Shown in pieces: positions 53,826-64,000 of a stretch of DNA of 64,000 nt. The notes beneath the pieces were generated by a model. It worked only from the letters and a program-made list of their open reading frames with translations, did no database searches and had not been told where the DNA came from. Positions within the stretch are counted from its first letter, which is position 1; each line of letters begins with the position of its first letter. The translations under genes were made by a program, and so were the position numbers. Source of the stretch: Vicugna vicugna (Eukaryota). Where the stretch lies: the NCBI GenBank assembly GCA_013265495.1, contig MU057656.1:1-64000 (forward strand), in the 5' to 3' direction.

Positions 53826-56800
53826 TCTACCAGAGGACTACGGGATTATGCAGGATAACAAATATTAAAATTGACTTTGGCAAATGTTGACAAATATCAG
53901 CAATTTTCTTATTTGAACAATTAACATAGATGTGCAACTGTAATTACCTTAATTATTTTTAAATAGAGTTAAGGGTTAAACGGGAGACTAAGTTAACATT
54001 TAAAGAAAAAAGAGACATTTGAATAATAAGATCATTTTATAGAAAAGTATGGGAGTAAATTTTCATAATTTCTTATAAGGAGGAAGAGAAAATGGAAGAA
54101 TTTGGAAAAAGACTAAAACATGGAGAGAGGGAAAGTACTATGTGGTTTCTGGTTCATCCTGGAAAGAATAAAAAGTGTTAAGTTAGGATATGTTGGAACA
54201 GGAGATAAATTCAGGAACCAGCCCAGGGATCATGGTCTCTATTATGTCATCCATGGAATCATATGATGTAGTCTCAGATGTCACATTCAGCATGTGGTAG
54301 TATATAAGAAGTAATTTTTTCTATGGTCTTCTTTGTGCTTTTCTCAAAGCATTCCAATTTGTGCTTTCATTTCCTGCCCTCAAGAGTCTACACTATATTT
54401 TCTAGTCAATACTTTATGTTGCTTTAATGCTTAAGCCAAAGACAAGCTTACATCCTCAGGGTGGCACTTAATGCCTTTCCAAATCTAAGCCCACAAACTC
54501 AAATTAGTTTACGTATTTTGTTATAAACCTGGCATCTGACTACCTTGGCATATCTTTATGTTTCACTGTATCTGTAGATACATCCAGGCAAATGCTTGTC
54601 AACTATGTTAGCTGCAACCTCAGCACTTTTACTGCAGCTCTTCCGTGGACTTTGGGTGTCCTCCTTTTACCTACTTAGACTTTCCCAGTCTCAGCACAGA
54701 AACCACCTCATCCAGATGTTTTCTGTCTATCCCCCTTTCCTTGTCTAACTTGGATACAAGCACAGTAAGCACAGCACATGTCTCAGGATGAATTTTAGTA
54801 TTAAGAGAAAGAAAAATACATGTTGACTTTAAGCAAAATCTTCTTTCCTGAAACAACAAAACTCTCATGGCTTTCAAACTATTTCGTTATGGTCTAGATC
54901 TTTCAAAGCCCAAGGACTAGTCAATCAAGACAGTAATTCGAGGTAGGTACAGGAGACAAAGTAATATTTTCTTCTTAATTCATGCCTCCAGAGGCCTAAA
55001 GCATTCCATTCTCATTTGCTGAATTTTTTCCTGGCTCTTCATCATCCACCCACCCCAAAATACCTGATTCTCTTCATTATAGTAATAAATATACTGCCTT
55101 ATTATTAATTTACTTCTTAGAATCAGAGCTTTTTCCAGAAGAGACAGTGCCATTGCAAATATTTAATGTAGGTTTATACACCCCATATAACTTGTGCCCC
55201 TTCTAACCTTCACACAGATAGTATCTAAGAGGTATTAGATCCTAGGTTGGGGTGGTCGTATTCAATAACCAAATTGCAATCTAAAATTTGTGGACTATAA
55301 GGAGGTGAGGGTGGTTGAATTACAAACTTGTCCAACTGCAAGAATACCAAATTCCTGCAGATATTAAGAAATATAAAATATTCATGGAAGACTTTGACAA
55401 TTTACCATTAATTTGAAATAAAATGTGAAGCATTTTCAGAATGTGAAATGCCCTGAAATGTTAGAAAAATTGTAGTCAAGGTCAGGGAGCCTAAGGCCTC
55501 TGCTCACAATGATGCAGCTAGTGGCAGCTGATAAGACTGGAATGGCAACAATGAGTCCTGAAAATGTGTCACCAGTTGTGAAGAAAGGCTTTGATAATCT
55601 GGAGAATGGGCAAATCGGCCAGGATAAGCTCTAAAAACATCCCACCAATATGACCTTTACCAAGAGAAGAAAAGAGCCCACTTGCAGCAGGAGAATAGTT
55701 TCTGGACAGCAGTGGTTGTTCCTACAACAGAAACATCAAGCTTTTAATTTTGTCAGCTGAACTCTGATGGTGGCTATGTTGTTGCTTACATTAGCAGTCT
55801 GGGGTTCAGATGGACTGGTTCAGCAGCTATTTTCCAGCTCTCTTATCAGACAGTGGGTCTTACTGTGATCATCTTAACAAGATTCTATACTGATAAGTCA
55901 AAATCTACCGTTTACTTTCAAAATCAAAAATTCTAAGGAAGAATATTATTTATTTGTCCATCTGTAGTTTCCTACCTGGGAAAACCTAGAAAGCTGGTTG
56001 TTGCTTTGAAAACTATTCTCTGAGCTCTGCCCACTGAATTCTTCCCACTAAATACTACAATCTGTCTACCACTGTGTGTGTGTGTGAAGATGGATTGTTT
56101 AACAGTAACTAAGTTTGTCTTAGTTGAGTCATCAGTGAATTATTCCTCTGCATCTTTCAGAATCTCTGTGAATTAAGAGTTTCATTGGGCCACCAGATTT
56201 TCTGCAGATCAGGGAGAGGTAGATTATATTTCTGTCAGTACACTAATTGTTACCTGTTCATTGAATCCCGATCTCATGCTAGGGCCATGCCACTGAACAC
56301 TTGAATTGGACTGAGGCATATACATTCTCCAGTACCCAAAGCCCAGCACTGGACTGTGTCTCCTGTTAAATTAAAGCTTATTTCTAAGGTTTTTTTTTTA
56401 TAATTCTCATTGTTGATACAACATATTTTGGCTTTGAACACCCTTTGACTAATTTATAGACACTGAACCACTGAGTTATTCCCTTTCACCTTGAAATTGC
56501 AATAACCTTTTTTTTTGTACTACCTGGAATAGAGTGTGCATAGTCATCATTTGAAAGCAGTCCTCAGTCCTAATAATTCAGAAACTTTACACTTCTTTGC
56601 CCAGCAATTGAGCAAGAATATTTGTTGTGGTTCTCAGAGATTATCCCCACATCCCCTAATGCAACCGTGAGAAAGCACCATATTGCTATCCAAAATCAAG
56701 TCTTTGTCATTATTGCATACCCATTGGAAAACAGTTTAAAATTGTAGGAGTACTGAAATTTTACCATACTCAGATTTTTTGCAACCATGTTACTCTTCTA

Positions 56801-56987
56801 CATGAATTAAAGAGAGAAAAATAGTAATTCAGTTGCAAAAAATATAGGTACATCAAACTGGTAACATGTTCACAACAGAAATAGAAATAATTTGAGTCAG
56901 TAATCATAAAAGGTAAAGAGTAAAAATAAAACAATAATAAAGGAAGATGCTATCAGCGGAAAAAGGACTAAATTATACACGAAATGT

Positions 56988-57328
56988 TTATTTTTAATTG
57001 AAGTACAGTAGATGTACTATAATGTGTACTTTCAGATGTTCAGCATAGTGATTCCAACCACATTTCAGATTATATAGCATTATAAATTATTACACTAATT
57101 TTAACATACAATTATTATAAGTTATTGTGTGTAATTCCCCGATCTATACAGATTATCCTTGTTGCTTATCTCCTATATGTATACTACTAGTACTTTTTAT
57201 CCATCAGTGTCCTACCATTAATTTGTCTTTCCCTTTCCCTTTGGTAAACATAAATTTTTTCCCATATCTTTCAGTCTGCTTCAGTCTTGTCTATCTAACC
57301 TCTCTATCTCTCTACCATGTCTCTATTA

Positions 57329-57360
<32 letters not shown>

Positions 57361-60300
57361 GGCATGTATCTATGTATGTATCCTTCTATGTATCTAATTA
57401 TCTGTCATCTATTAATACATAGATATAGATAGATGTAAAAAGATATTTGTTATTCTTTAGATTCCACATATAGATTATGTTATATACTTTTGTCTTTGTC
57501 TAAGTTACTTCACTAAGCACAATAATTTCTAGGTCCATTCATGATGCTGAAATAACCAAGTGTAATACTTTTTCATGGCTGAGTAATATTCCATTGCTTA
57601 TTTATAGATACATCATATCTTCTAAAGTCCATAGTCTACCCTTGGATTGCTTCCCTGTCTTACATATTATAAACAGTGATGTTGTGAACATTGTTTCTTC
57701 TCAATTTATAGATTCTTCCTCAGATTTTTCCAAGGACAGATGTTACTGTTTCACATGGTAGTTCTGTTTTAGGTGTTAAAGATATCAAAACACTGTTCTC
57801 CATAAAAGTTGTACCAATTTGCATTCCTACAAAGAGCATAAAATAGATTTGTTTCCTCCACATCATCTCCAACAGTTTCAATTTGTAGACTTTTCAATAA
57901 TAGTCATTTGGCCAGTGTGAAATGATACCTCATTGAGGTTTTGAACTGCTATTAACTAATAATTAGTAATGTTGAGCATTTTTATCACTTGCCAGTTACT
58001 CATCTGTATGTTTTCTATGGAAAAATATTGACTCAGTTACTCTGGTCTTTTTTTGATTGGGTTTTTGTTTTTCATATTGAGTTGTGTAACCTAAATCCAT
58101 GTTACATCTATTAACATACACCTATTATCCCTTGGTCACTTACATTAGTTGCAAATATGTTCTCCAATTACACAGGCAGTGTTTTCATTTCATTCAAATT
58201 GTCCTTAGCTGTGCAGAAGTTTTCAAGTTTATTTAGGTCTGTTTTGCTTATTTTTGCTTTTACTTCTTTTGCCTTAGGAGACTGATACAAGAAATTATTC
58301 CTATGATATATATCCAATGGTCTATCACCTATATTCCCTTCTAGCAGTTTTATAGTATTAGGTCTTACATTTAGGTCCTTAATAAACTTGGAGTTTATTT
58401 TTGTATATGATGTCAGGGAATGCTCTCATTTCACTGTTTTACATGTAGATGTCCAGCTTTCCAAACACCATCCATTGACAAGACTTTCTTTTCTCCATTG
58501 TGTACTCTTGCCTCTTTTATCATTGATTCATTGCTCATAGGTGCGTGGAATTATTTCTAGGCTCTCAATCTGATTTTATTGATTATATTTCTGTGCCAAT
58601 GTCATATGTGTGGAATTATTTCTAGGCTCTCTATCTGATTTTATTGATTATATCTCTGTGCCAATGCCATGCTGTTTTTATTAATGTAGCTTTCTACTAT
58701 AGTAAGGAATCCGGGAGGTTTATAACTCCAGATTTGTTGTTTTTCCTAAAGATCATTTTGACAATTTTTAATGGTTTTATGTAAAACTTAGATTTATTTA
58801 TTTTCTGGTTCTGTGGGAAATACTACTTCTTCGTAACAGGAATTGCACTAAATCTGTAGGTTTCTTTGTGTAGTTCAGCCATGTTAACAATATTAACTCC
58901 TTCAATCCAAGAGCACAAGACATCTTTTCATTTTTTGAATCATTTTTAATTTCTTTGTCAATGTATTTTAATTTTCAGTGTTTAGATCTTTCATATATGT
59001 GGTTACATTTATTCCAAGGCATTCGGGGGAATAGGATTTTAAATAGCATTACTTTCAACATCCATTTTATGGTATCTCATGATTAATGTGTAGAAATGCA
59101 AGAGACAACTTTACATTAATCTTATACCCTGCTCCCTTGTTGAAATTATTTATTGTTGATATTAGTCTGTGTGGAGCCCTTAGGACTCTATGTAGATTGT
59201 TATGTCATCAGTACTGGTGCCAATTTTGCCTCTTTGTTTCCATTTTGCATTTCTTTTTCTTGCTTTCCTTACTTTTTCCTTTCTTCTTTTCCTATGGAAC
59301 AGAAGTGCTGAGAGTAGGAACCCTTGTATTGTTCCAGAATTTACCCAGAATGCTTTCAGCATTTCCCTTAAGTATTATAAATTGTTATAAATGGCCTATA
59401 GCATGTTGAGTGATGTTCCCATTATACCCTCTTTCATGAGAGTTCTGATCATGAATGTATGTTGAATTTTGTCTAATGATTTTTCTGTGTGTATTGACAT
59501 AGCCCTGTGAATTTTGTCCTTCCTTCATTAAATATGTGTCATGCTGATTAACTTGTGTATGTTGAACCATCCCTGTGACTCTGGAAGGAATCCATCTAAT
59601 CATCGTGTATATTCCTTTTTATGTATTGCTGGATTAATTTGTTGATGTTCTGTTGAGGATTTTTTAATGTGTATTCATCAAGGATATTGGCTTTACATTT
59701 TCATTTCTTTGTTTTTGGCAGTGTGTTTGACTGGTATTTTTATCATGTTATTGGTGGCCTCATAGAAAAACTTTGGGAATTTTCTTTCCTAATACATTTT
59801 TTGAAATAGTTGAGAGGAAAGAGGTTTTAGTGAAAGCATTCAGTCATTTTGTTCAACGGGTGTTTTTAAAACTATAGATTTTATTTGAATTATGCTGATT
59901 GCTCTTTTCAAGTTTTCAGTTTTCTTTTTATGCAGTGTTGGCCAGCTGTACGTTTCAAGAAATTTGTCCATTCATTTAAGGTCATCCAGTTGGTTGTCAC
60001 GTAACTGCTCAGAGTGCTTTCATAATCTTTGTTTGCATTTCTGTACTATCAGAAACTATTTTAATATTTCATTTCTTATTTTGTTTGGTTTGACCCTGTA
60101 TTTCTTGTTAAGCCTGGCTAAATTCTTATCAATTTGTTAATATTTTTAAGAAAAAAATAGCTGTTGATTTTATGAATTTTAATTTCTTTTTTAATTTTTA
60201 TTTCATTTATTTTCAACCTAATCATTAAAGATTTCTCATTCTACTACCTTTGCATTTTGTTTGTTCTTATATCTAGTTATCTTGTGTGGTAAGCCTTATC

Positions 60301-61111
60301 CTTTGTGTGAGGTTTTTCTATTTCCTGGTAGAAGGCCTCAATTGTTCTAAACTTCCCTCTTAGATTTGCCTTTACTGCATCCCATACTTTTGATGAAGCT
60401 GTGATTTCATTTTAATTTGAATCCTGGTATGATTTTATTACCTCTTTGATTTCATCATTGACTTTATTTTATTTAATTTTTTTAAGGATTAGGTTTAATC
60501 ACATTTTTGTGCTTTTCCTGTTCTTCTTTCTAGAGTTGATGCACAGTTTCATAATTTTGTGTATGGAAAAATACTTGCTGTAATTTGTATTTGCTTAAGG
60601 TTCCTGAGGCTCATTTCATGACATAATATGTGGCTAATTCCTTCGATAACATCCTGTGCACACTTGAGAAGTTTATGTGTTCTCCTTTTCTGATGCAGTG
60701 TCCAATAGCTCATTTAGGTTCAAATGATCTAATATGATATGNNNNNNNNNNNNNNNNNNNNNNNNNNNNNNNNNNNNNNNNNNNNNNNNNNNNNNNNNNN
60801 NNNNNNNNNNNNNNNNNNNNNNNNNNNNNNNNNNNNNNNNNNCCACAATGAAAGATAAATATTTCTTTTTACAATTAGGATCTACAGTGTTGGGTCCAAA
60901 TATAATTTAATGAGTGTAATACTCTATTTTCATACTGATCTCTGTTTCTTTATATAATCTCATATTTATCTTTCATTGTGGCCCTTATTTTAAAATGTAT
61001 TTTGTATGAGTTGAGCATTGTAAACTGCAGTTTCTTGTCATTTACATGAAACATCTTTTCCATCTATTTACTGGTTGTGTTTAACTTTCAACATAAAGTG
61101 AGACTTTTTGT
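56988..61111 (-). mobile_element. Old LINE-1 (paralog of 29680-33724); contains (TCTA)n at ~57329-57360
   Basis: Colinear with unit A; RT remnant at 59180-59362 (..QGFLLSALLF..TDDITIYIES). Confidence 0.88.
60742..60842. other. Assembly gap (101 N)
   Basis: Run of N characters. Confidence 0.99.
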
Positions 61112-64000
61112 GGGGGAAGTGAAGATGTTGGAGCAGAAGGATGCCTGTAGCTCACCCTTTCCCACAAATGCACCAAGTCTCACAACCACAGACCTACCCA
61201 GCTAACCAGAGAATCTGCAGATCTCTGATAGAACATTGTCCTCTTCAAAAGATAAAGATGCAAAAATCTGGTAGAAGAAAATGAAGAAAGAAAGAAGAAA
61301 AGGGAAAACCAATTTGGACAGGTCCCACAGGGGATAGCAGCAAAGAAGGACTGGTGCTCATTCACTGGGTGTCCCCTCTCCAACTGAGAGTTCGGCGGGA
61401 TGGAGGGGGAGCCTCCAAGAATTGGACCTCTATACAGTATAAGTTGACTGACTGTCCTAAGTTAAACAGGCACAGAGGATCCCTGTGACACCCTGCCCAA
61501 GAGGCATCCTGACAGCTGGGGGCAGGGCCATGCTGCCCGAGCTGGTTTGAAGGTGAGGATGGCTGCACTGAGGCAGCCCAGGGGAATGGAATGGGCTGTG
61601 AGCCATTGCTGTGGGTGCACAGGGCAGAACAACCTGGGCTCTCCATTAAACAGGGCAGAATAGCCCTGGCAGGGGAAAGATGCATTATGAAACTCTGAAA
61701 ACCCACAAAAGTATCTAGGACGAGGGACCTGGGTCTCAGACACAGCCACCATAGCCTCTGGTGCTTTGCACCCTGGCAGCAGTGAGAGCAAGCCCTGCAT
61801 TCACTCCTAAGGATTTAGCAGCCTCAAGCACCAGATGGGGACGTGCCTACAGCATGAGGCAGATAAGATCTTTCTGTCCTATTTCCTCAGAGTACTTGAT
61901 CTGCCAAGGCAAACAAGGAGCTGGGTTTTGGCCCAGACCAGTGACAGGGCACATAGCAGTGGAGAGACCAGCACCCTGAGGGGCCTGATGGCCTGCCAAT
62001 TTTGGGCTGGAATACAGCCCATGACCATGTGGCTGGGAGAGGGCTTGATGCTGCTCCTGCCTGGTCAGTCATAAACATGTGACTGAGGCATTGGTCAGGG
62101 CAGTGACATCACAGCCCACAGTAAAGAGAGCTGCTCCGGAACCAGTGTTGGGGGTAGGAGTGATCTGCTTGCCGGCACGCCCTGGGAGCTGCACAGATGA
62201 AGACTCTAATGGAAGGCCTCTGGAAAAAGCAAGCTGAGCTTCCAAAACAGGATGAATACAGAAATAGTTCACATTAAAAGTGCACAGTCTCCAGGATACA
62301 CTGACTACATCCTTGTTTAATCTGTTTCTATCTGTTCCATTTTTATTACCTGCTTAATTTTTACTTCTTAGGCAATTATATATACGCCCCCTTTTAAATC
62401 CCATTGAAATTTTTTAAAAATATTTTTAATATTATTATTTTTCAAAACTCTGCTTCACCTTGCTCAACTATTATGTATTATACGATGTCTTCAAACATTT
62501 ATTTCCCCCTCTTTAAAATTGTTTGTCTCCCTCTCTCTTTTTTCTGTTTTTTTAGTTGTATTACTACCTAGGTATTAGGTAGATAAACTACTTTAGGGCC
62601 ACAATACATAACTGATACTCCATAAACCACAGTGCCAGAGAGGTATGAGCAAGACAAAGAAGCAGACAAACCATTACCACTTAAAAAACAAGAGAAATCC
62701 CCTGAAAGAATGATAGGTGAAATATATATCAATAGCCTACTAGATCAAGATTTCAGAAGAGGATTGATCAAATGACTGAAGGAAATGAAAGATAATGTTT
62801 AGAGATATAAAATAAGTTAGAAATGAAATGGAAGCTATAAGAAGAGCCGAGTAGTATAGGTAAACACATTGACTGAGATGAGTAATGATCTAAAGGGGTC
62901 GCAAAGCTGACTAGATAATGCAAAGGAATGAATTATTGACCTAGAATACAGGACAATAGAAAGCACCCAATCAAAACAACTACAAGAGAAACAATGAGAA
63001 AGAAATGAAAAAAAATGAGAGACCTATGGGATAATAGAAAGCATGCCAGCATTGGCATGATACAATTCCCAGAAGGGGAGGAAAGATCAAAGGGGATTGC
63101 AAAGGTGTTTGAAGAAATCATGACTGAGAACTTCCCAAACTTAAAGAAGGAATCAGATATCCAAGTACAGGAAGCTCGCAGTGTCCCAAACAGGAAGAAC
63201 TCAAATAAACCCACAACAAGACATATAATTAAGATGGCCAGAGTCAAGGATAAAGAAACGATCCTAAAGGCAGCAAGAGAATAGCAAAGAGTGAGTTACA
63301 AGGGAATCCCCATAGGGCTCCCAGCTGATTTCACAACACAAATACTACAGAACAGAATGGAGTGGCAAGATATATTCAAAGTCCTGAATAAAAAAAGGAT
63401 ATACCCTTGGATACTTTAACCAGCAAGCCTATCCTCTTTGATAGAAGGAGACATAAAGGATTTCACAGACAAGAAAAAGCTACAAGAGTTTAGCAACTCT
63501 AGACCCATGTTAAAAGAAATATTGAAAGTCCTGCTCTAAAAAGAAAAGCAGCAGGATTCTATAGAAATTTGAAACACACTGCTGGAAAGGTGATAACTCA
63601 TGAACTACAAATAAAATAAACACAAAATTTTAAAACAAGACATACAAATCATTGAGAGTGGGAAAAGGGAGTAGGAAATTAGAGAATTTTTTCTTGGGAG
63701 GTCTTTCCTTTTAAAATGTTTGGTTCTCGGTAGGATGGTTTATGTTACTATCAGTTTAATAAAATCAGTTATACTAATGGTCTAATAGACTTATATAAAA
63801 GGGTAAAAACAAGACAAAAACATATTCAGGGAGTCACTAAACCTAAATAAATTTCATGATAATACAAAGGAAATTGACCAAACCAAAAAGTGAAGATTAA
63901 ACGAACAAAGAGGAAATACCAAATCAACTGGAATGATAAGGACAAAATGGCAATAAACACAAACATATCATCGATTATTGTAAAGGTTAATGGAGTAAAT
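61112..64000 (+). mobile_element. LINE-1 5' portion (5'UTR, decayed ORF1, spacer, ORF2 start at ~63947) opening unit C
   Basis: Paralogous to 33725-36680. ORF 63015-63284 gives ORF1p-like peptide (MRDLWDN..FEEIMTENFPNLKKESDIQVQEARSVP..RHIIIKMARVKDKETILKAARE). Confidence 0.93.

Larger units (their letters stand above)
33725..61111 (+). repeat. Tandem amplicon unit B (~27.4 kb, complete)
   Basis: The same junction (cataaagtgag..ttt|ggggg..aagatg) occurs at 33725 and 61112. Content is colinear with unit A apart from discrete indels. The boundary is placed at the L1 5' end by convention. Confidence 0.93.

Noticed and set aside
1..64000. CRISPR array, prokaryotic retron/RT system, tRNA or rRNA genes
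   Set aside because: No repeat-spacer array or structural RNA was seen. All RT-like sequence belongs to mammalian LINE-1.
1..64000. Y-type palindrome (inverted amplicon arms)
   Set aside because: All unit-level homology is in direct orientation. Inverted similarities are only between oppositely oriented L1s.

Overview
Mammalian, AT-rich, LINE-1-dominated genomic DNA that looks like a Y-chromosome ampliconic region. It is a head-to-tail tandem array with unit A (1-33724, left end outside the window), unit B (33725-61111) and the start of unit C (61112-64000). Each unit opens with the same near-full-length L1, followed by the same stack of older L1 fragments, an LTR-like element and one two-exon HSFY (heat shock transcription factor, Y-linked) copy. 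HSFY-A (17428-19084) is a heavily disabled pseudogene that has also lost ~400 bp of proximal promoter. HSFY-B (52146-53825) keeps the promoter motifs, both splice sites and an open spliced frame of 198 codons that stops just after the HSF DNA-binding domain. The units are clearly diverged (by eye roughly 10-20%) and differ by a twin-primed L1 insertion, a ~7.4 kb deletion and smaller indels. The L1 3' ends look cetartiodactyl and I saw no ruminant, pig, primate, rodent or carnivore SINEs, so a camelid host is a plausible but unproven guess. I found no intact protein-coding gene, RNA gene or CRISPR array, and no solid evidence for a wholly new biological system. The best leads are the DBD-only HSFY frame, its spermatid-type promoter cluster, a colinear antisense ORF in the L1 5'UTR, and the TSD-less L1 at the unit boundary. 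Repeat boundaries were read by eye and are approximate.
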